Shown: one piece after another, positions 58,777 through 64,000 of the stretch | Layout of the letters: each line of letters begins with the position of its first letter | How positions within the stretch are numbered: the first letter of the stretch is position 1 | Assembly (NCBI GenBank): GCA_012295275.1 | Contig: CM022679.1 | Span: 30,318,001 to 30,382,000, forward strand | Direction: 5' to 3' | Length of the DNA stretch: 64,000 nucleotides | From: Chrysomallon squamiferum | Lineage: Eukaryota; Animalia; Mollusca | The notes under the pieces: model-generated | Seen by the model: the letters and a program-made list of their open reading frames with translations, nothing else | What the model was told of the DNA's origin: nothing | Database searches by the model: none | Program-made: the position numbers and the translations under genes

Positions 58777-59446
58777 TACATACATATACATACTAAATTC
58801 ACACATAAATGTCTCAACATTAAAAAATTGTTTCTTATGTACTTCTTTATTGTCATATTTATTGCAGCATTTTTGTGTATGCATGCATGCACATGTGTAG
58901 ATGTGTGTGTAAAATAAAAATAGAGATAACATTACTAGCCTAACAATTACAAGAGTTGACTATTTTAGAATCGAAGTTTTGTGTATGTATGAATGTTTGC
59001 ATAATAGTGCAACTGTTATTGTTAAACTTAGAAATTAATTTGTGACAGCTGCTTTGCTTTAGTTTAACAGAATTTTGTAATGAACTTTTAATTTTAATTT
59101 TTGAATTTTTGTTTTTGTTTTGATGAAGCTTTTGTTGGTTTATCTCATTTTACCAGCTGTAAACAATTTAATAAGAGATTTATGTAAATATACTAAATTA
59201 CTTTCATATATATAAATATATGTTTATATCTTTTAAGTGTAATTTTATTTAAAGATAAATTTAGAAAATCTTCCTTCTGGTTTCACAGGTCTTACTACAC
59301 AGAATATTTCAAATCATCGTTATTTTGTTCTAATACTTAAACATTTTTTTGACATTTCAGAGGAAAGAATCCCTCCTGTGCACGAGGTAGAAAAAGCTGC
59401 AGAAATTCTTCAAGCTGAGACCCACCCAGAAGAAACTGGTGTGTAA
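968..59446 (+). CDS. Ank2: Ankyrin gene span (5'-partial, multi-exon): ANK repeats 7-24, linker, ZU5A, ZU5B, UPA, death domain, C-terminal region
   Basis: Spliced translation gives canonical ankyrin motifs in order: [109 protein letters not shown], then a death domain. Exon phases are compatible except for one frameshift near 42155. Confidence 0.95.
1467..1565 (+). CDS. Ank2: Ankyrin exon, ANK repeat 8 ([14 protein letters not shown]...)
   Basis: tttcag / gtaaga, 99 nt. Confidence 0.95.
2074..2172 (+). CDS. Ank2: Ankyrin exon, ANK repeat 9 ([33 protein letters not shown])
   Basis: ttccag / gtaagt, 99 nt; not in the ORF track. Confidence 0.95.
2459..2557 (+). CDS. Ank2: Ankyrin exon, ANK repeat 10 ([33 protein letters not shown])
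   Basis: tttcag / gtaagt, 99 nt. Confidence 0.95.
2886..2984 (+). CDS. Ank2: Ankyrin exon, ANK repeat 11 ([33 protein letters not shown])
   Basis: tcccag / gtatgc, 99 nt. Confidence 0.95.
2990..3122. repeat. Imperfect direct duplication, about 77-bp spacing
   Basis: ctactttctatacatt...tttgatct...taaaatt occurs at 2990 and 3067. Confidence 0.8.
3282..3380 (+). CDS. Ank2: Ankyrin exon, ANK repeat 12 ([33 protein letters not shown])
   Basis: tttcag / gtaagc, 99 nt; hallmark ankyrin repeat. Confidence 0.96.
3619..3816 (+). CDS. Ank2: Ankyrin exon, ANK repeats 13-14 ([13 protein letters not shown]...[24 protein letters not shown])
   Basis: gtgcag / gtttgt, 198 nt. Confidence 0.95.
4247..4444 (+). 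CDS. Ank2: Ankyrin exon, ANK repeats 15-16 ([14 protein letters not shown]...[13 protein letters not shown])
   Basis: ctacag / gtagat, 198 nt. Confidence 0.95.
4868..5065 (+). CDS. Ank2: Ankyrin exon, ANK repeats 17-18 ([14 protein letters not shown]...[16 protein letters not shown])
   Basis: ttacag / gtgaga, 198 nt. Confidence 0.95.
5603..5701 (+). CDS. Ank2: Ankyrin exon, ANK repeat 19 ([33 protein letters not shown])
   Basis: tttcag / gtgaac, 99 nt. Confidence 0.95.
5859..5957 (+). CDS. Ank2: Ankyrin exon, ANK repeat 20 ([33 protein letters not shown])
   Basis: tttcag / gtaagt, 99 nt. Confidence 0.95.
6390..6809. repeat. Degenerate (ATT/GTT/ACT)n microsatellite running up to the acceptor
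   Basis: Seen directly. Confidence 0.9.
6812..6910 (+). CDS. Ank2: Ankyrin exon, ANK repeat 21 ([33 protein letters not shown])
   Basis: ctgtag / gtaaca, 99 nt. Confidence 0.95.
7117..7215 (+). CDS. Ank2: Ankyrin exon, ANK repeat 22 ([22 protein letters not shown]...)
   Basis: atgcag / gtaatt, 99 nt. Confidence 0.95.
7270..7440. repeat. Tandem duplication, about 92-bp unit
   Basis: gttacatttattgttcagtaatcaaat...aagtaatatgttaacaaatta occurs at 7280 and 7372. Confidence 0.85.
7522..7620 (+). CDS. Ank2: Ankyrin exon, ANK repeat 23 ([23 protein letters not shown]...)
   Basis: tttcag / gtacgt, 99 nt. Confidence 0.95.
7621..7736 (+). repeat. 29-bp minisatellite x4 starting at the splice donor
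   Basis: gtacgttttgttttatattactactttca at 7621, 7650, 7679 and a diverged copy at 7708. Confidence 0.93.
7967..8141 (+). CDS. Ank2: Ankyrin exon, ANK repeat 24 and start of linker ([15 protein letters not shown]...[16 protein letters not shown])
   Basis: ttgcag / gtaaat, 175 nt, phase 0-1. Confidence 0.95.
9846..9932 (+). CDS. Candidate linker cassette exon ([29 protein letters not shown]); alternative donor after 9890
   Basis: aaacag acceptor, GC-rich island open in the required phase 1; both possible donors (gtgatt after 9890, gtagga after 9932) preserve frame. Confidence 0.55.
   Translation, partial: ECRPNLLPGALNTSLVIQCFLMTRPRTH
12240..12335 (+). CDS. Ank2: Linker cassette exon ([32 protein letters not shown])
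   Basis: ctgtag / gtaagt, 96 nt, phase 1-1, open. Confidence 0.8.
14071..14135 (+). CDS. Ank2: Linker exon ([21 protein letters not shown])
   Basis: ttttag / gtaaac, 65 nt; supplies the required phase 1 to 0 change. Confidence 0.85.
15177..15329 (+). CDS. Ank2: Linker cassette exon ([19 protein letters not shown]...[12 protein letters not shown])
   Basis: gattag / gtaacc, 153 nt, phase 0-0. Confidence 0.8.
16564..16761 (+). CDS. Ank2: Linker cassette exon ([21 protein letters not shown]...IDDAAMKK)
   Basis: cattag / gtaaag, 198 nt, phase 0-0. Confidence 0.82.
18404..18628 (+). CDS. Ank2: Linker cassette exon ([28 protein letters not shown]...DSVVPGNQ)
   Basis: cgttag / gtaccg, 225 nt, phase 0-0, open for 75 codons. 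Confidence 0.8.
20224..20417 (+). CDS. Ank2: Linker exon before ZU5A (DYMEAQ...[17 protein letters not shown])
   Basis: aaacag / gtgagt, 194 nt, phase 0-2; the end matches the ankyrin DNVxxxxxPxxSG motif. Confidence 0.92.
21220..21237 (+). CDS. Ank2: 18-nt microexon (G)KLKWR(S) directly before ZU5A
   Basis: tttcatcag / gtaact, phase 2-2, frame-preserving. Confidence 0.75.
23862..23917. promoter_or_regulatory. Pair of X-box-like motifs (GTTGCCTAGGTTAC, GTTGTTAGGCAAC)
   Basis: Resemble the RFX consensus; they begin a GC-richer intronic block. Confidence 0.4.
26008..26025 (+). CDS. Candidate 18-nt microexon (G)AMLKE(S), or the coding end of an alternative first exon (ATG 26012, MLKES)
   Basis: cctgcag / gtatag, phase 2 donor compatible with the ZU5A exon; GCCATG context. 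Confidence 0.5.
26889..26932. repeat. (CA)n microsatellite
   Basis: Seen directly. Confidence 0.9.
27537..27761 (+). CDS. Ank2: ZU5A exon 1, spectrin-binding ([31 protein letters not shown]...[10 protein letters not shown])
   Basis: ttacag / gtgagg, 225 nt, phase 2-2. Confidence 0.96.
29312..29365. repeat. (CA)n microsatellite
   Basis: Seen directly. Confidence 0.9.
30505..30659 (+). CDS. Ank2: ZU5A exon 2 ([33 protein letters not shown]...); alternative donor after 30710
   Basis: ttacag / gtttaa, 155 nt, phase 2-1. Confidence 0.92.
32478..32689 (+). CDS. Ank2: ZU5A/ZU5B exon (ELDQEEDL...[16 protein letters not shown]...[16 protein letters not shown])
   Basis: tcccag / gtaggt, 212 nt, phase 1-0. 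Confidence 0.96.
34200..34530. repeat. Degenerate local tandem duplications
   Basis: aatattcattatatttaag...tatatcagtattaat...taattaagcacagtat occurs twice, plus shorter copies. Confidence 0.7.
34654..34668 (+). CDS. Candidate 15-nt microexon HTKLY inside ZU5B
   Basis: Long T-rich tract and tttag acceptor, gtaagg donor, phase 0-0. Confidence 0.45.
34999..35203 (+). CDS. Ank2: ZU5B exon ([33 protein letters not shown]...[10 protein letters not shown])
   Basis: cgctag / gtaagc, 205 nt, phase 0-1. Confidence 0.96.
36845..36865 (+). CDS. Ank2: 21-nt microexon GNNSHNR in ZU5B
   Basis: tgctgctgctag / gtaacc, phase 1-1. Confidence 0.7.
36866..36879 (+). promoter_or_regulatory. RFX X-box-like motif GTAACCATAGCAAC coinciding with the microexon donor
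   Basis: Full match to GTNRCC(N0-3)RGYAAC; function untested. Confidence 0.45.
37640..37895. repeat. Degenerate duplication, about 145-bp spacing
   Basis: agttacaagttaata...attatacaga...gatattgat.atgtacagtt occurs twice. Confidence 0.65.
38442..38497. repeat. 24-bp tandem repeat next to the acceptor
   Basis: aataattttactgaatttgttgta x2 plus a partial copy. Confidence 0.85.
38505..38601 (+). CDS. Ank2: ZU5B end exon ([33 protein letters not shown])
   Basis: tcacag / gtacaa, 97 nt, phase 1-2; WED..T and CVSFTT..SAR motifs. Confidence 0.93.
39069..39297 (+). CDS. Ank2: UPA exon 1 (FWLIDCQ...[13 protein letters not shown]...[28 protein letters not shown])
   Basis: ttgcag / gtaaac, 229 nt, phase 2-0. 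Confidence 0.96.
39795..40058. repeat. (ATT/ACT)n microsatellite
   Basis: Seen directly. Confidence 0.9.
40068..40319 (+). CDS. Ank2: UPA exon 2 ([25 protein letters not shown]...FRENRL...[13 protein letters not shown])
   Basis: ttacag / gtacgt, 252 nt. Confidence 0.96.
40923..41001 (+). CDS. Ank2: UPA to death-domain linker exon ([26 protein letters not shown])
   Basis: ttacag / gtatga, 79 nt, phase 0-1. Confidence 0.88.
42000..42205 (+). CDS. Ank2: Death-domain exon 1, with an apparent frameshift at about 42152-42160
   Basis: gtctag / gtttgt. Reads [21 protein letters not shown]...NDQA, then [15 protein letters not shown] in a shifted frame. 206 nt where a multiple of 3 is required. Confidence 0.9.
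42737..42865 (+). CDS. Ank2: Death-domain exon 2 ([43 protein letters not shown])
   Basis: atatag / gtgact, 129 nt, phase 1-1. Confidence 0.93.
43158..43255 (+). CDS. Ank2: Post-death-domain exon ([33 protein letters not shown])
   Basis: cttcag / gttggt, 98 nt, phase 1-0. Confidence 0.9.
44603..44620 (+). CDS. Ank2: 18-nt microexon SLDDIQ
   Basis: ttttcag / gtgaga, phase 0-0. Confidence 0.68.
45403..45516 (+). CDS. Candidate alternative terminal exon ([37 protein letters not shown])
   Basis: ttatag acceptor, GC-richer island, open 37 codons in phase 0 to TAG. Confidence 0.4.
   Translation, partial: NADRTNTLLCSERYHSQKPIMSDYVWPALVARSSYSQ
45558..45686. repeat. (ATT)n microsatellite
   Basis: Seen directly. 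Confidence 0.92.
48268..48405. repeat. (ATT/ACT)n microsatellite plus poly-T
   Basis: Seen directly. Confidence 0.9.
48513..48600 (+). CDS. Ank2: C-terminal region exon ([29 protein letters not shown])
   Basis: ttccag / gtaagt, 88 nt, phase 0-1. Confidence 0.88.
49337..49543 (+). CDS. Ank2: C-terminal region exon ([19 protein letters not shown]...LRREQQQE)
   Basis: ctgcag / gtacag, 207 nt, phase 1-1. Confidence 0.85.
49799..49857. repeat. Perfect inverted repeat, 26-bp arms and 7-nt loop
   Basis: catttattgcagaaatatttgatcat gttttcg atgatcaaatatttctgcaataaatg. Confidence 0.95.
50884..51118. repeat. Three degenerate copies of an about 55-bp unit separated by (ATT)n
   Basis: tctgt.tgacc...tggca...gcataaat x3. 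Confidence 0.7.
52157..52306 (+). CDS. Ank2: C-terminal region exon ([26 protein letters not shown]...PPTKPTE)
   Basis: tcacag / gtagct, 150 nt, phase 1-1. Confidence 0.83.
54064..54126 (+). CDS. Ank2: C-terminal region exon ([21 protein letters not shown])
   Basis: ttgcag / gtatta, 63 nt, phase 1-1; possible in-frame distal donor after 54195. Confidence 0.8.
54640..54810. repeat. Degenerate minisatellite, about 21-25 bp unit
   Basis: ctgaaattgtttcactgctta-like units. Confidence 0.75.
57750..57902 (+). CDS. Ank2: C-terminal region exon ([51 protein letters not shown])
   Basis: taccag / gtagaa, 153 nt, phase 1-1. Confidence 0.85.
58730..58770. repeat. (CA)n microsatellite
   Basis: Seen directly. 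Confidence 0.9.
59361..59446 (+). CDS. Ank2: Terminal coding exon ([28 protein letters not shown])
   Basis: tttcag acceptor, phase 1, TAA at 59444-59446. Confidence 0.8.
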
Positions 59447-61005
59447 AAGCACTGTGTGACATTTGTTATCATGACATTTTTTATAGCAAGTCATTATTTA
59501 GCCAATCAGATAGCTACTTTTTTTTTTTTTCTCTTCTTCTCTTGGGTAATTTGGTTGGTTACGGAAATTATGTTATTTTGTGTTGGGTTAACTGATTGGT
59601 TGATTCCGTTGCTGAAGAATCTCATTTAACAAAAATAAGCTTGTGAAGCTTTCTTATTTGTTTTATTTTTTTTTTTTGGTTTGGTTCCAAGCTGTTAACT
59701 TCCAGCCCTGCCAAACTCTCCTCTCTTTCCCTTTGTTTGCAGTAATTATTGATTTTGTTAAGAAGTACGTTGCTTATTTTGGTATTGTTGAACCCTTCCA
59801 ACAGTTACTATTATTATTTTTAACCTGCATGTTCAAAGCTGTTTGCATGGATTTGTTTTTAAAGTAAATTGTTTACACATATTATGTTTGTTCTTTTTTT
59901 CTGTTCCTTTACAAAACCAAATTTGTTTGGTTTGTCAAACTACCAAATTATTTAAATGCTGCATATTTTGATAAACTATTAAAAATCAACAAACATGAAC
60001 ACAGATTAAAATTTTACCTTCTATATTGTGTTCAAATTATAGTATAATGGTTTGAATTTTGGAGAGTGATTGTATTATAAAATACAAAATAATAAGAATC
60101 ATAAAGAATAAAAAAAAAAAAATTAAATGTGGTTGTTAATGTTAATTAATGGTTGTGAATTCAGTATTATGGTTGTGTTTATAATAAAAACCAAAATCAT
60201 CCCCCCAAAAAAGAAACACCCCGACCAAATCCAGCTATTATTTCTCATTTGTAAAGATTAAACAAAAGCAAAACAACAACAACTCTAATAATAATGAGCA
60301 AACATAGTTACTATACAGTGATACAAAATTTTATTTATATTTTTATATAAAATTATCAACTAAAATACTAATAAAAATTTATCACCCTTTATTTTACCTT
60401 TTTTTTTTTTTTTTTTTTTTTTCTTTAAATTAAATTTTACCTTTTCCTGTTACCAGGTTATGTTTAAACATGTTTACCTTGTCAGTGCTTGTCTGTAACA
60501 AGAGACATGAACTTTAATTTTTAAATTACGGAAATCACAAATGTTATTTTTAAGTTATTTTGAGAAAATTACTTGTACTGAAGTACTTTCGTACCTACTG
60601 GATTGTCAAAATGAATATTAATTTATTTATAACTGATAGAAATGTCAGCTGGTGAAACCTATTTTTTTATTAATTATGAATAGAAAGCATATTTATTAAT
60701 ATATTTTAGTATCTGGTTAAGATTTAAGTATTGCTGTCTGGGGTTCACACTTTGTTTAAAAATTCTGAGTAGGTTTTTAATTTAAATCCAGATTTGACTG
60801 AGATTTTCAGTCAAGTTACTATATGTATTGAGAATACTTTACATATGTTGAGAGTAATGTAACTTAGATTGCCAGAGTGAAAGTTATAGTACTGGGACTC
60901 ATAAGATAAAATAAAGTATTAAAATATGTAATATTTTATGTGTTGAGAGATTTAATTTTCATTGCTTTTTCAAGTGATGTGTATTGTTTTTCTTACACCT
61001 TTTAG

Positions 61006-61016
61006 GAGAAGCATAG
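61006..61016 (+). CDS. Candidate alternative last exon, coding part (G)EA*
   Basis: Strong acceptor gtttttcttacaccttttag followed by GA GAA GCA TAG in phase 1. Confidence 0.4.
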
Positions 61017-63606
61017 TTTACTGCAAATTTTGTTCCTGACAAATATTTATTTTTTTACTGTTTTTAATATTAAAATAAATGAATTAATTATCAATATACT
61101 AACAGTTAATGTTTGTCATCAGCTTCAGACCTTTAAGAAATAACAAGAATAATCATTGCTCAATTTTAAAATATAATTGTTTTTATGTGTTTACCTTAAT
61201 GATACAACTTATATTTTAACATCAGTGTTTTAGTAACAAGATAATCAACCCTTTGCAGACATTTAAAAAAAGAATTGTTTGTTTTGTCAATTTTTGAATG
61301 GCTTGCTAACTTTACTAAATAAAACCTTCCTTTGGAGTAACAACAATAATAATAACAATAACAACAGCAACATTCAAAAAATAATTGTTAGGTAAATAAA
61401 GTGAATAGTTGAGATACATAAAATCAGTTTGTAATTTTTGATAATTAATAGTGTTGGTCAAAATCTGCAGCAGCTTAGAGGAAAGAGAAAAAGAAAAATG
61501 AAATGAGATTCTTCACAATGGTTTTAAATTTAAGTTAATATTTCATAATTTTATTTATTTATTTATTTATTTTTATTATTATTTTTCAAATTTATTGTAT
61601 TTATTTTTTTTGTATTTGCTCACATTTTTAATTCTTTATGCAATTTAGTATATATAATATATATCTATATTATGCAAGCTAGTTTTCTGTTCAGTTTATC
61701 TAGTTAGTGTTGTGATTTTAGTTGCGTAAGAAACAAAAATAAAAATGGATTTTAAATTTTAATGTGCTTAATATTTATTTAAAAATATATTGTACCCAGT
61801 ACTATGTGCTATTTAACTTGTAGCCAATTTTTAAAAATTTCTATTTAACTTTTTAAATCATATCATTTTAATATATTATTAGTCATTTATAACTTCTGGA
61901 ATAATTTTCATATTTTCTCTTGCTGTGACGCTTAATAATATAGCTTATAATCACTGCCATCATATTTTTCTTTTTTATCATGAAATAAATGTTGTCATTT
62001 AGTTTGAATGGTTGTGGTGTTTTTTTGTTAATTTTTATATTTTATTTTCTCTTTATTTTATATACATTATGAGTATTTTTTTAAATATATTTATTTAAGT
62101 TTTGTTTTTTTATTTTGTTTGAATTTGGTGAATGCAGTTTCGAATACAACCATGAACTGTATTGAAAATTAAAAACACATTATCATTGTTGGCAAAAACA
62201 AAGCCAAAAAATAAATGGAAACAAAAAACCTTTTATTTTAAAAACAGAGATTTAAAAAAAATAAAAATAAAAAAAAAAAAAATAATTAATTTAATTTTGC
62301 AAAAGAATAATTGAACTATGGTAAATATTTTTTTAATATAAGATTGTAAGCAGAATAAACTGAAATAATCAGTAAAAATCAAATCCCAATAAAGCAAAGT
62401 TGATTCTTAAAACTGGTAATTTTGACTAGTAAAAGCATTGCGTAATATGTGGGAAACTAAGATGAAAATATGACAGGAAGACGTCTTTTACAGTTTGGAA
62501 TAACTTGTCAAGCCACCTCATTCTTGAATTCACAGAAAATTAATAGCTAGGTTTTTCTAAAGAAGTTGGACAAGAAAAAATATGCAAACCAGTAACTTAT
62601 TTTAATTTTGTTTATTTATTTATTTATAATTATTTTTGAATGTTTTTTCAGCTTAATTTTATGTTTATCATTATTATTGCTATTTATATTTTATTTATTT
62701 ATTTATTTATTTGTTTATTTATTTTCAATCATTGGAGTATTCATCTTATAAACATTTTTCCAATCAGTATTTTTTTTTAGCATGATAAACATGAGAAACC
62801 ATTATTATTAAAACTTGGTTGGTAATCGAAACTGATGGACATTTTTATAAAGACGTTGAGCAAGCTTGGGACATTGGTTCCTTATACCATACCAACCTAT
62901 TTTTATGATGGAGATGGAAACTAATTTCATACCTAATTAACAAGGTATTTGAACAAAATTTTCTAAGTAGCTTCCTTTTTACCTGTGCCTTGAGTCCTTT
63001 TTTCTCTACAGCATTAAAATTAAGTAGTTTGAATGCTTGATTAATCTTCTTCATCTTTGGTTTCTATATGAAGGATCTGTCATATTTTGATCAGAAAATA
63101 AAAGGCATTATTGAATGATTATCAGTTTGGCCTCAGGTTTTTTAGTTTTGGGTTAAAGCAAAATTTTAAATGGTTTATATTAGTTTTAATATGCCAATCT
63201 GAGGAATAATTTGTGAGACAAATCTCTTTGATTATATTGAACAAGACTGAAGGTTGGGTTGTCTTTGGAAAAGTTACTTTCTTAACTGTAAATGTGTGAT
63301 TTCGGTAGACTTAAATTTAGTTTTAAATGATTTAATTCTAAAGTTATGAAGGACTAAATACGGTTTGAAAATGGGTAAAAATCAGAAAATAACTTTTCAC
63401 GATTTAACATCAAAATACTGGTAGTTTTTTTCTGTTTGGTATTAGATAAATAGTAGAGAATTGGCACAAATTTGTATTGCCTGTTTGTAATCTGAAGAAA
63501 CAGAACTGTTCTTGTTTTTGGAAAACAACTGAACAAAGAAAGGTGAAGTCAATTTTTTAAAGGTCTTAGTGATTTCATCTGTTAGTGATTTTTATTGAAA
63601 TGACTG

Positions 63607-63750
63607 TTAAGAAAGCAAGTTTGATGATATGAGATCATTATCATCATCTTCTTCATCATCATCATCATCATCATCAACGTCATCATCATCTGATCCACTT
63701 TCTTGGCCAGCAGCCTCTACTTTCTCTTGTTCACATTTCTTTGTCTTGTA
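63607..63750 (-). CDS. Probable terminal exon of a convergent gene with an acidic tail (YKTKKCEQEKVEAAGQESGSDDDDVDDDDDDDEEDDDNDLISSNLLS*)
   Basis: On the - strand: tattag acceptor, 48 codons to TAA, and AATAAA (63591-63596) 10 nt after the stop. Confidence 0.45.
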   Translation of the reverse strand, partial: YKTKKCEQEKVEAAGQESGSDDDDVDDDDDDDEEDDDNDLISSNLLS

Positions 63751-64000
63751 CTAATATAACTATCATGCATGTTGCATCAGTTGTAATGTATACATTCACT
63801 ACTTTATTATTACTAAATACAACTGTTTAATCTAATATTTTTTATTAACAGCAAATATTATTACCAACATAATTTTATTTTTAATCTATTTTTATAAAAC
63901 TATTTTTATAAAATTATTATTTTAACTTCACCGTTTTTGCTTATTCAGTGTTCCACCTTTAAAAAAAATATTAAGCTGTGTTAAAATAGGGTGAATTGAT

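Noticed and set aside
59289-59360. In-frame upstream alternative acceptor for the last exon
   Set aside because: The extension has intron-like composition; a 72-nt open frame is plausible by chance
59444-59452. Stop-codon readthrough at the ankyrin stop
   Set aside because: TAA-A is a low-readthrough context and another in-frame stop follows within a few codons
62845-63536. Minus-strand ORFs of 69 and 60 aa
   Set aside because: No recognisable motif and AT-rich composition; more likely UTR or intergenic

Overview
AT-rich animal genomic DNA. It is an invertebrate locus; lophotrochozoan or mollusc is a guess from protein style and composition. Almost the whole window is one multi-exon + strand gene for a canonical ankyrin (Ank2/unc-44 type), entered at ANK repeat 7; the 5' exons lie upstream. 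The exons were assembled by hand from GT-AG sites and phases. In order they give ANK repeats 7-24 (968-8141), an unusually long linker built from frame-preserving cassette exons, ZU5A-ZU5B-UPA (27537-40319), a death domain (42000-42865) and an acidic C-terminal region ending ETGV* at 59446. The death-domain exon carries an apparent 2-nt frameshift near 42152-42160, probably a sequence error. Non-obvious signals are several 15-21 nt microexons, a possible internal start or alternative microexon before ZU5A, alternative C-termini, RFX X-box-like motifs sitting on or beside splice sites of alternative exons, a tandemly duplicated donor site, a perfect intronic hairpin, and a probable last exon of a convergent - strand gene near 63.7 kb. 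Most ORF-track entries are microsatellite artefacts. No RNA genes or CRISPR arrays were seen. All isoform claims are inferred from DNA alone.
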